In this document: one piece after another, positions 38,472 through 50,179 of the stretch
Numbering within the stretch: position 1 is the stretch's first letter
How the letters are laid out: each line of letters opens with the position of its first letter
Assembly (NCBI RefSeq): GCF_006345805.1
Contig: NC_042998.1
Span: 84,320,001 to 84,384,000, forward strand
DNA: 64,000 nt
Source of the DNA: Octopus sinensis
Taxonomy: Eukaryota
Reading direction: 5' to 3'
Made by a program: the position numbers and the translations under genes
Notes under the pieces: model-generated
What the model was told of the DNA's origin: nothing
Databases searched by the model: none
The model's input: only the letters and a program-made list of their open reading frames with translations

Positions 38472-40806
38472 CACTTTGTGGTACCAGTGCCTGTGGCACA
38501 CAAGAAAACCATCCGAACGTGGCCGTAGCCAGTACCGCATCGACTGGCCTCCGTGCTGTGGGAACATGGTGGCACATAAAAACACCATCCGAAGACCCGG
38601 CAAGACTAGTCAGGTCATAACCCGTGGCCCCTACCTGGGACGTAGTCAGTCCACCTGTACATACCTTCCTTCTTGTGACACTTGTGAAGACCTGTTGAGG
38701 CAAGTGAAAATCAAAACAAATCAAAATAGATGAACATCAATGGAATTTGTATCTTTGTGGTACCAGCGCCGGTGGCACACAAGAATCCATCCGAACGTGG
38801 TCGTAGTCAGTACCGCATCACTGGCCATCGTGCTGTGGGCACATAACAAACACCATCCGATCATGGCCGTTCGCCAGCCTCATCTAGCACCTGTGTCGGT
38901 GGCACATAAAAAACACCATCCGAAGACCCGGCAAGACTAGTTAGGCCATAACCCATGGCCCCTACCTGGGACGTAGTCAGTCCACCTGTGCATACCTTCC
39001 TCCTTGTGATACTTGTGAAGGCTTGTTGAGGCAAGTGAAAATCAAAATCAAATCAAAACAAATCAAAATAGATGAACATCAATGGAATTTGTATCTTTGT
39101 GGTACCAGTGCCGGTGGCACACAAGAGAAAACCATCCGAAAGTGGCCGTAGCCAGTACCGCATCGACTGGCCTCCGTGCTGTGGGCACATGACAAACACC
39201 ATCCGATCGTGGCCGTTCGCCAGCCTCATCTAGCACCTGTGTCGGTGGCACATAAAAACACCATCCGAAGACCCGGCAAGACTAGTCAGGCCATAACCCA
39301 TGGCCCCTACCTGGGACGTAGTCAGTCCACCTGTGCATACCTTCCTTCTTGTGACACTTGTGAAGACCTGTTGAGGCAAGTGAAAATCAAATCAAAACAA
39401 ATCAAAATAGATGAACATCAATGGAATCTGTATCTTTGTGGTACCAGTGCCGGTGGCACACACTTTGTGGTACCAGTGCCGGTGGCACACAAGAAAACCA
39501 TCCGAACGTGGCCGTAGCCAGTTCCGCATCGACCGGCCTCCGTGCTGTGGGCACGTAACAAACACCATCCGATCATGGCCGTTCGCCAGCCTCATCTGGC
39601 ACCTGTGTCGGTGGCACATAAAAACACCTTCCGAAGACCGGCAAGACTAGTCAGTCCACCTGTGCATACCTTCCTTCTTGTGACACTTGTGAAGACCTGT
39701 TGAGGCAAGTGAAAATCAAAATCAAATCAAAATAGATGAACATCAATGGAATTTGTATCTTTGTGGTACCAGTGCCTGTGGCACACAAGAAATCCATCCG
39801 AATGTGGCCGTAGTCAGTACCGCATCGACTGGCCATCATGCTGTGGGCACATAACAAACACCATCCGATCGTGGCTGTTCGCCAGCCTCATCTAGCACCT
39901 GTGTCGGTGGCACATAAAAACACCATCCGAAGACCCGGCAAGACTAGTCAGGCCATATCCCATGGCCCCTACCTGGGACGTAGTCAGTCCACCTGTGCAT
40001 ACCTTCCTCCTTGTGACACTTGTGAAGGCCTGTTGAGGCAAGTGAAAATCAAAATGAAATCAAAACAAATCAAATCAAATTAAATCAAAATAGATGAACA
40101 TTAATGGAATTGTATCTTTGTGGTACCAGTGCCGGTGGCACACAAGAAAACCATCCGAACGTGGCCGTAGCCAGTACCGCACCGACTGGCCTCCGTGCTG
40201 TGGGCACGTAACAAACACCATCCGATCGTGGCCGTTCGCCAGCCTCATCTGGCACCTGTGTCGGTGGCACATAAAAACACCATCCGAAGACCCGGCAAGA
40301 CTAGTCAGGCCATAACCTGTGGCCCCTACCTGGGACGTAGTCAGTCCACCTGTGCATACCTTCCTTCTTGTGACACTTGTGAAGACCTGTTGAGGCAAGT
40401 GAAAATCAAAATAGATGAACATCAATGGAATTTGTATCTTTGTGGTGACACGTGGCACACAAGAAAACCATCCGAACGTGGCCGTAGCCAGTACCGCATC
40501 GACTGGCCTCCGTGCTGTGGGCACGTAACAAACACCATCCGATCGTGGCCGTTTGCCAGCCTCGTCTGGCACCTGTGTCGGTGGCACATAAAAAACACCA
40601 TCCGAGCATGGCCGTTTGCCAGCCTCGTCTGGCACCTGTGTCGGTGGCACATAAAATCACCCACTACACTCTCGGAGTGGTTGGCGTTAGGAAGGGCATC
40701 CAGCTGTAGAAACACTGCCAGATCTGACTGGACTGGTGCAGCTTTCGGGCTCCCCAGACCCCAGTTGAACCGTCCAACCCATGCTAGCATGGAAAGCGGA
40801 CGTTAA

Positions 40807-40836
<30 letters not shown>
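38472..40836 (+). mobile_element. Multimeric RTE-3'UTR retro-element: about 7 units of 300-370 bp plus (TGA)n tail
   Basis: gaagacc(c)ggcaagactag at 38591, 38922, 39267, 39633, 39929 and 40286; TGA tail 40806-40836. It interrupts an older SINE (…atcaaaccc | gaaaggatgaaaggc…). Confidence 0.92.
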
Positions 40837-40838
<2 letters not shown>

Positions 40839-41292
40839 AGGATGAAAGGCAAAGTCAACCTTTGAACCCAGCACATAAAGACAGACAAAATACTGCTAAG
40901 CATTTTGTCTGGCATGCTAATGATTCTTTCAGCTTGCTGCCTAACAACAGCAACAACAATAATAAAATTGTAGTTATAATTTCCCTAACTAGGGAATATA
41001 TAATTATGGATCGTTATTTGGTATTGTTTCTTCATCAGTTGTCTAGTAACTTGTGTAGTGCATCCGAAGATTCTTTCTCACCACTTCGTCACATGTCTTC
41101 CTGGGTTTACCCCTTCCACTGGTTCCCTCCACAATTAGAGCTCAGCAATTCTTCGTGCAGCTGTCCTCATCTATATGCATCACTCCTAAAAAGAATTGGA
41201 TTTATTAAAATTGATAAATCTAATTATAGAGAGGAACTAATGAAGTTTCATGAGATATTAGATATTTTAGAATAACTCTGCAGTTGCTTTAA

Positions 41293-41724
41293 CCCTTTTT
41301 TTTGTTGAAATATCCTGCCTTTATTTAATTAATTTAGAAAATAATGATAAATTAACTACAATAACTTTGTCGTTATTTAACCCTTTTGTTACCAACCCGG
41401 TTGAAACCAGCTCTGGCTCTGAGTACAAATGTCTTGTTTTCAAGAGTTCTGAATTAAAATCTTCCACCAAACGTTAGTCACAATTTATGTTCCTAACACT
41501 AGCTGAATGATAACTAAGTTATTTTACTAAATTCTTTGTTATATTTAAAGTAATTGAAAGAAACACAGCATCTCAAAATAAATACAGTAACGAAAGGGTT
41601 AACAGGTGCTTGAACATAAATTTACATGAGATTTTGAAGAAAGGTTTTAATTTATACCATTTTAAAACAAGGAATTTGTGTCACAGAGCCAAGTGTAGTT
41701 TCTGGTAGGTTAGCACCAAAAGGG
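41293..41724. mobile_element. Nested TTAA MITEs (inner 41381-41598 within outer 41293-41724)
   Basis: Both elements bounded by TTAA|CCCTTT...AAAGGG|TTAA. Confidence 0.8.
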
Positions 41725-41936
41725 TTAAACTGTATTTTAGCTTTTTCTATGGATGAGGCATTTAATAGATGCATTTATTTATTAACTTTGAAGGAAGGTT
41801 TTAATTTGAACCACTTTAAGCAGGGTTGATGTCAGGTGACTTGGTATCAAAAGGGTAAAAACTGTATGCTGTTTTTTGTTTTATTTTGTTTTTTTTTTAT
41901 CTGCCTTATCATTTGTTATCTGTTTCTTTGCAATAG

Positions 41937-42050
41937 GTTAGAGAATGCTGAACATATGCTCAATACTTTGAGACAGGAACATACTTCATTGACAGAGATG
42001 CATGAAATTTTACGTAAACATCATGAAACACTGAAGCAACAGAATGAAGT
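41937..42050 (+). CDS. CIP2A: CIP2A coiled-coil exon (LENAEHMLNTLRQEHTSLTEMHEILRKHHETLKQQNE)
   Basis: Long pyrimidine tract then TAG, GTAAGT donor. 114 nt, phase 2 to 2. Corresponds to human LNESLKEQNE. Confidence 0.88.
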
Positions 42051-44149
42051 GTAAGTATAACCTTTTATAAAACGATACATGTTTGTATGTGAATGTATGT
42101 ATGTATGCATGTGTGTGTGTGTGTATGTGAAACTATGTTGTAGTAGATGTCATGTGTGTGATGAATTTAATGTGGAATAGGCTGTTGAATTCAGTTATTA
42201 TATACAACCTGTAATCAAAACATACATTGCCTAGGCAACAGGCACACTCTGATTTGGTGTCAAGCTAGACATAAATTCATAATTCTTTAACTACTCAGCT
42301 ATCTTACTTTATCAAACCAAGGGGGCCATATAAAAAACATTGGTGATGGTGCTTGTGCCACATAAAAGGTACACAGTACACTCTGTAAAATGGTTGGCAT
42401 TAGGAAAGGCATCCAGCTGTAGAAACCAAGGCAAAACAGACTATAGAGCTTGGGGTGGCCCCTGGCCTTACCAACTCCTGTCAAGCCATCCAAATCATGC
42501 CAGCATGAAAAATGGATGTTAAATCATGATAAGGATGATGATGATGATATAAATATGTATATCATCATCATCATCGTTTAACGTCTGCTTTCCATGCTAG
42601 CATGGGTTGGACGATTTGACTGAGGTCTGGTGAACCAGATGGCTGCGCCAGGCTTCAATCTTGATCTGGCAGAGTTTCTACAGCTGGATACCCTTCCTAA
42701 CGCCAACCACTCCGAAAGTATAGTGGGTGCTTTTACCTGCCATTGGCACGAGGGCCAGTCAGGTGGTACTGGCAATGGGCATGCTCATATGGTGTTTTTT
42801 ACATGCCACCTGCACAGGAGCCAGTCCAGCGGCACTGGCAACAACCTCGCTCGAATGTTTTTCACGTGCCACCGGCACAAGTGCCAGTGAGGCGATGCTG
42901 GTAATGATCATGCTTGAATTATATATCCAAAAATGAGTTTAAAGGGATATATTAGCCTGGCAGTTACCGTGTTTCCTCTTAAATTGGCTTCAGATGCTGG
43001 CTAACCACAACAGTCCTTTTGTGATACCCTAGTTAGCAATAAGTTGCTAGGCTCTAGTAATTATTCTTGCTTGGTACACATTTAGTAGAGGTGAACCCTA
43101 CATCAAGATTCCTACAACTATTAATAGTAGTACCCATACTGCCTAAAAAACACTTTATTCATTCAGTTTGCTGATTCCTTCAGTTTCACTTCGAAATGGC
43201 AGCGATCAAGGACCCTGATGAAACTGCACCAACAATGAAACCAGGCTGCATATCCAAAAGTATTCAGTCGATGCAGTTAAAATGCACATAGATTTAGCTG
43301 TGTCTCGCTTAAGATCCTGAGTTGAGGTTGTCATGTTGTTATATGCCCACCTGGTTAGGGGATGAAAGATTGCTACAATTTTCAATTACTATTATCTTTC
43401 CATAATAAGAATTGCAAACATTTATAAATATAGACAAATAACTGTTGATTAAAAAAAAAAAAAAGAATTTTTCGTAGGTGAAATGAATGGATGGACAGGG
43501 ATGGATTCAGCTTCATTGGGTTCAAGACAAAGGAAGGGTAAAATATATGCAGGCTAGAAGGTCTATGGTGCAAAAGGCTGTTTAGGTAGCTAGCTTAGAT
43601 CAGGATGCGTTTACACACATCCGCACATACACCTGCTTGTACATATACTCACACAAGCGATATTGGCCCACCTTCCCATATGGTCAATTTCAGCCATAGT
43701 TCGTATAATCTATGGTTGGAAGACAACCCCACCAGAAGTCTGTCATCACAGTCACCTCAAGGCTAGGGCAGCTTGCAGACAGTCTGACTCACTCCACATT
43801 TATATCATTGAGGGTAAATCATACATCCCTACACCTATACACACATGCATACATATCCTCACATATACCTATATACATACACATGAATGTTTACTTTTAC
43901 GAAACCTTATTTTAACCATTTAATGCACCAGTTTCTCCGACTGAAACATCTAAAAAACCTAATGTGTGAAATAAATGTAATAAAAAAAAATACAATTGTC
44001 TAAAGTCTCATCTTTCTTGCTTTTGATGAGGTGCCCCCCCCCTTCAATCGGCACCCGGCGCATATGCTCTCCTTGCCCCCTCCCCCAGTTACGCTACTGG
44101 CCACACTTCATTGGCTATTTCTCTTTCTCGGTCACTATTTGCTTCTCTT

Positions 44150-44187
44150 TTTTTTCTGATGAAGGACTAATGCCTGAAACGTTAAGA
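44150..44187 (+). ncRNA. Minimal type I hammerhead ribozyme motif (Penelope-pLTR type)
   Basis: CTGATGA (44156-62), stem II agg-actaatg-cct, GAAA (44176-79), CG-TT forming palindromic AACGTT, then aaga pairing with the upstream tttt as stem I. Confidence 0.7.
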
Positions 44188-45120
44188 CACTTTCTTGTCC
44201 TATTAAAGCTAATTCCTTATTTGTTAAACTTTGTTCTCCCTGAATTAAAATTTTCAATATTTATTGTATTTACACTAGGTGCAGGAGTGGCTGTGTGGTA
44301 CGTAGCTTGCTTACCAACCACATGGTTCCGGGTTCAGTCCTGCTGCATGGCACCTTGTGCAAGTGTCTTCTACTATAGCCTCAGGCTGACCAAAGCCTTG
44401 TGAGTGGATTTGGTAGATGGAAACTCAAAGAAGCCCGTCGTATATATGTATATATGTATGTATGTGTGTGTATATGTTTGTGTGTCTGTGTTTGTGCCCC
44501 CCCCCACACCACTTGACTACTGATGCGGGTGTCTTTACATCCCCGTAACTTAGCGGTTCGGCAAAAGAGACCGATAAAATAAGTACTAGGCTTACAAAGA
44601 ATAAGTCCTGGGGTTGATTTGCTCGACTAAAGGCTGTACTCCAGCATGACCACAGTCAAATGACTGAAACAAGTAAAAGAGTAAAGAGTAGCATGGCCAC
44701 AGCTCAAGAGCTGAAACTGGAAAAACAAAAAACAAACAAAAAACATATATTCAGAAATGTAACCACACATGAAGTGTTGGTAATTTTCCTTCTTCTTTGG
44801 ACTTTTCCCTTTCTCCTTTCTTATGAAGAGCCATGCTCAAAATGTTCAAAACTCTCTCCTTTCGCTGAGTGTCAAACTAATATAATTCTTGTGCTCATCC
44901 TCACGTTTGATTTTTTTTTTCTCTTTTTGTATTCTCTCTCTTCATTTTTAATTCGTTTGTTGAATTGACTATATATACAGGGTGCGATGGATAAATTGTC
45001 TCCATTTTATATTTTTAATTTCGCACATGCGCATTATTTGTTTTTGATTTTGTTGATTACACAGTATAGTAGGGTCAGTTGAGAAAAATGACACAATTCA
45101 CTATGCCAGAAATTTGGAAA

Positions 45121-45480
45121 TTCTTGAGGCTGTGTAGGAATTCCATGTCATCTTTGGTGTAGCCTGGCACTTTTTTAGATAGGGGTTTCAGAATGATGTC
45201 TAATAAGTTGCATAGATGTTGTGTGCTTGAGGCTGGACCAGCAACAGTTGGGCATAATTTCAAATCTATCGGTTTTGGTACTTCGACATATGATGGTCAG
45301 TCCTCAAGCACACAACATTTAAGCAACTTATTAGACATCACTCTGAAACCCCTATGTAAAAAAGTACCAAGCTACACCAGAGATGATATGGAATTCCTGA
45401 ACTAAATCTCCCAGAAAGTACACCAAGACACAATCTTAGTCAGCTTTGACGTAACAATCTTATATATTAACATCCAAACT
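45121..45480. mobile_element. Two inverted fragments of a Penelope-like RT
   Basis: + strand: STQHLSNLLDITLKPLCKKVPSYTRDDMEFLN*...DTILVSFDVTILYINI. - strand: STQHLCNLLDIILKPLSKKVPGYTKDDMEFL. Confidence 0.75.
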
Positions 45481-45979
45481 GCAAACCAAACTGAGAAGCT
45501 ATATTATCAAAGAATTAAATTGGTTAGAACTATCAGTGAAGTCATTCTTTTGCTTTTTTCAAATATACCTAACTGTACCAAGAATTTCACACATTTTCCA
45601 ATATATGTATATATATGAGTGTGTATATGTATATATGTATTTGTATGTGTGCGTGTACACACACATGTTTAGAAACTTAAAAATACACATTTTATGTTTT
45701 GCTCTAAATTTTTTTTTTGAATATTATGCAAAAATAGAAAAAGAAAACTTGCCAAAAAACAAGGCCCTGGGCCACTCAATTTATCCATTTTTTTTTTGCG
45801 TGTGTGTTTTTGTTTTTCCACAATCAATACTGATAAAATAACTAGCCATTACCCCCTTCCTTTCCTTTCCTTTTTCTTTCTTTCTTGTTCCGGTAACTTA
45901 ATATTTTTGATAAGTGTTTACAATTTGTTATGATTGTTGAGGATAAGGACAGTAATCGAGTGAAGGTAACTGATAACTT

Positions 45980-47292
45980 TGTAAGCATATCTCGCAGTTC
46001 ATCTTTAGCTACATGCTCTGCCAGAGGGTCCAGATAAAATTAACATTGTTCATCTCAATCACCACACCTTCCTCTTTTTCTTGTTTTTCACTTTCTCTAA
46101 ATATCATTCCTATATCCTTGAAGGCAGTGGGTGCTTATCTATGGAAGCATCAATTAGAAATCTAAGATTTCTAGCTACAAAGTAGATGTTTGTCTTCCTT
46201 CGCAGAAATATAAACTAAACCATTACCTATCTTATCTGGGGCACCACCTTGAAAGGTGTCAGTCCAGTATCTTAAGTCTGTCTTACACTCTTTTTGCTGG
46301 TTGTCAAACAATAAGACAAACAAAGGTGTGTGTACATGCATACACATATGTATGCAGTGGGTTTCATTACAATGTCTCTGTACCAGATTCACTCACATGC
46401 TATTGATCAGTCCATTGTTGTAGTAGAAGACACTTGCACCAGGTCCCATGGAGAGGGGCTGAACACAAAACTACAAAAGTAAATTTCTTAGCTGGGTATC
46501 TAGCTGTAGAAAACCATGCCGAATCAGACTGGATCCTAGCACAGCGGTCCAGCCCAGTCAAATCATCCAACCCATGCCAGCATGGACAACAGACGTTAAA
46601 TGATGATGATGATGATGATAAACAGCCTTGCATGCATGGAAAATAAGAAACACTTTTCTTCCAAAAAATATTGGCTCAAAAAAACCACCCCTCATCCTAC
46701 ATGCTGAGTTGAGCTTCCTATAAGTTATTACTTGGTTTAAACCTCTTGCATTTAAACCAGCCATATCCAGCTCAAGTATTCTACTTGTTTTATGTTCCAA
46801 CTGTCCAGTTCTGGCCTCTCACACCTACTCTACAATGTCATTCTAAAAATATGCATTCACATCAGCAAAATCTCAAAGCTACAATGTCAACAAATAAGTA
46901 TTAAATTAAACAGAGTAATCTGAATGCACAAAAATTTAGTGTCTTTTGTGCCAATCAAATACAGTATATATTTATATATATAGATAGATAAGCACTTGTG
47001 GTGGTGCCATATAAAAGCACCCGTATGCTGGTATGTGAAGCACCTGTGCAGTGCTATGTAAAAACACCCAGCACACTCTGTAACGTGGTTGGTTTTAGGA
47101 AGGGCACCATATGTAAGCATATCTCGCAGTTCATCTTTAGCTACATGCTCTGCCAGAGGGTCCAGATAAAATTAACATTGTTCATCTCAATCACCACACC
47201 TTCCTCTTTTTCTTGTTTTTCACTTTCTCTAAATATCATTCCTATATCCTTGAAGGCAGTGGGTGCTTATCTATGGAAGCATCAATTAGAAA
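45980..47292 (+). repeat. 181-bp identical direct duplication (45980-46160 and 47112-47292)
   Basis: Base-by-base identical; the second copy interrupts an RTE-tail repeat. Confidence 0.95.
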
Positions 47293-48258
47293 CCATGCCA
47301 AGGCAGACTGGAGTTTGGTGCAGCTCCCCAACTTGCCAGCTCTAGTCAAACCGTCCAACCCATACTAGCATGGACAACGGACATTAATTGATGATGATAG
47401 CATGGAAAGTGGACGCTAAACGATGAACGATATATATAATCATCTTTGTTTAAAGTCTCTTTTCCATGATGGCAATGGCTGAACAGTTTGACAGGAACTG
47501 GCAAGTCTGAAGACTGTGCAAAGCTCTACTGTTAGCCTTGACATGGTTTCTATAGCTGGATGCCCTTCCTAATGTCAGCCACGTTACAGAGTGTGCTGGG
47601 TACTTTTTATGTAGTATCAGTAGCAATGAGGTCACCAACTGATTTACAAAATGAGACTCTTTAACTGAGCGGGAGGGAGTAGTATGTAGGAGGGTAGTTT
47701 TATGTGAAATGAGAGGTTAGAGTATGAGTAGAGGAACAGAAATAGATGTCAGCCTTTCACTGAATCACAACAATCCATAAAATTTGTTCTTATGTCTAGT
47801 TTCCATGGCATTAAGCAGATGACATGTAAATTTCCTCCAGGGTAGGACCCTGGTCTATCAGCAGAGCAGATGATATAAATTCAACTTGACAAGCCACTGA
47901 AATACTCATCTCTTCCAAATTACTGTTGTAATACATCAATCTATACTAGCTACCTGGAGTTAAGTCTCACCACAGACACAGTGAAGTGTGACAAGATATG
48001 TTTGTTTGTCTTACATCTGTTTTTCCATACTCTTTTACTTGTTTCAGTCATTTGACTCTGGCCGTGCTGGAGCACTGCCTTTAGTCGAGCAAATAGACCC
48101 CAGGACTTATTGTTTTTAAGCCTAGTACTTATTTTATTGATCTCTTTTGCTGAACCGCTAAGTTACAGGGATGTAAACACACCAGCTTTGGTTGTCAGGT
48201 GATGTTGGGGGGACAAACACAGATACACAAACATATACGCACATACATATATATATAT

Positions 48259-48554
48259 CACATGACTGACCAGACCATCAGATGTTTTACACATCGCTGG
48301 TCACAATGCGTTCGCATTGTTTTAGCCTTCGAATGATGCCACCCCACTGGCTAAGCGAGCAGGCCAACAGAAGAAAGAGAAAGAAAAAGAGTGGTGAAAG
48401 AGTACAGCAGGGATCACCACCCCCTGCCGGAGCCTCGTGGAGCTTTTAGGTGTTTTCGCTCAATAAACACTCACAACGCCCGGTCTGAGAATCAAAACCA
48501 CGATCCTACGACCACGACTCCGCTGCCCTAACCACTAGGCCATTGCGCCTCCAC
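48259..48554 (-). mobile_element. tRNA-Arg-like SINE nested in the (TA)n centre of another SINE
   Basis: Minus-strand head ggaggcgcaatggcctagtggttagggcagcgg...ttttgattctcagaccgggcg, flanked on both sides by halves of the CORE-type SINE. Confidence 0.7.
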
Positions 48555-49277
48555 ATATATATATACATATATATACGACGGGCTTCTTTCAGCTTCCGCC
48601 TACCAAATCCACACACAAGGCTTTGGTCGGCCTGAGGGTATAGTAGAAGACACTTGCCCAAGGTGCCACACAGTGGGACTAAACCCCGAACCATGTGATT
48701 GGTAACCAAGCTACTTACCACACAGCCACTCCTACGCCATGGTGACATGTGTTGCACGGAGACTTATTGAAGTAGAAGTTTAAAGCTGGATGCCCATCTT
48801 GCCACCAACCCTTACTTGAAAAACAAATAAGCAACATGAAGAGTATCTAACTGTAAAGCAGTGCCCTAATATGCATTCATCCAACACATGCTTGCATGGG
48901 GAGAGAAAAAGGAAAACAAACTTGTAAAAATGAATGAACAAATAATAAATAGAAGAAACATTTGTTGTTGACTAATGAACAATATTAATTCATTTTACTG
49001 CAGTCTGTAGTGTAATGAGTAACATACTCCATTTGGCAAGTGATAGATACTGTATTTCTGGTTGATATTGTATGTAGTGTAAACACTTTGTGTCAACATT
49101 CAAACATCACCCTTCCCAAATTCTGTTGTATTTGACATTGAATCTTTGGTCCTCCAAAGTCATCTTGGTATTCAAGTTGATCTTCCTTTTTTTGGCTGTA
49201 AAGTCTGATTTGGAAAATTGAGCTTGTATACCGAAAAATACAGTAAGTTACACATTGGTCCTTATAATAATGTATAA

Positions 49278-49582
49278 TACATTATTTACATAATTTACAT
49301 TGGATGGATGTGTGTCCTCATCTTGTTTGTTGTTGCCACAACATTTCGGCTGATTTTCTCTCCAGCCTTCATCAGGTGTCCTTGTGGAATTTTGAACCCA
49401 ACCCTGGGTTCTCGTTCCTAAGGTATTTTTTTGCTGATGTTATTATTTATTCCGAGTTGAGTTCAAAATTCCACCAGGACATCTGATGAAGCCTGGAGAG
49501 TAAATCAGCCGAAACATTGTGGTAACAGTAAAGATGAGGTCACATATCTGTCTAACGTAAATAATGTACAGAATTCCTCATC
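49278..49582. mobile_element. Second copy of the hammerhead-bearing palindromic element, opposite orientation
   Basis: Same arms; central spacer is the reverse complement of that at 1884-1938. CTGATGA at 49483-89, GAAA at 49511-14. Confidence 0.78.
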
Positions 49583-49965
<383 letters not shown>

Positions 49966-50117
49966 TATGATCGAACGTACGCATCGTCTTCTTCCAAGTA
50001 AGTTTTATTTATATATATATATAATGTATACATATATAATGACACTATACATAATGTATAGTATCATCAGCAAACTGAATTATTTCATTGATCTTTACTT
50101 TCTGTCACATTTTACAG

Positions 50118-50179
50118 GAGTCTTGAAAAGCAAGGCAAACTCTCAAGGCAACTAAAAGAATCAGAATCATTGGTTAAAT
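50118..50179 (+). CDS. CIP2A: CIP2A coiled-coil exon (SLEKQGKLSRQLKESESLVK)
   Basis: ttttacag / GTAAGT. 62 nt, phase 2 to 1, which bridges the phases of the two flanking exons exactly. Confidence 0.8.

Noticed and set aside
38472-40600. Regular repeat array that could be read as CRISPR-like, and its many overlapping ORFs (e.g. 40195-40806, 40075-40650, 24730-25158)
   Set aside because: Units are 300-370 bp of LINE 3' UTR with no unique spacers and no cas genes; the ORFs appear in all frames on both strands because the repeat is stop-poor.
43210-43245. CTGATGA...GAAAC motif (also CTGATGA near 20826)
   Set aside because: No convincing stem II at 43215; no GAAA at 20826.
48480-48554. tRNA-Arg-like gene on the minus strand
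   Set aside because: Degenerate stems and it continues into a SINE body; it is a SINE head.
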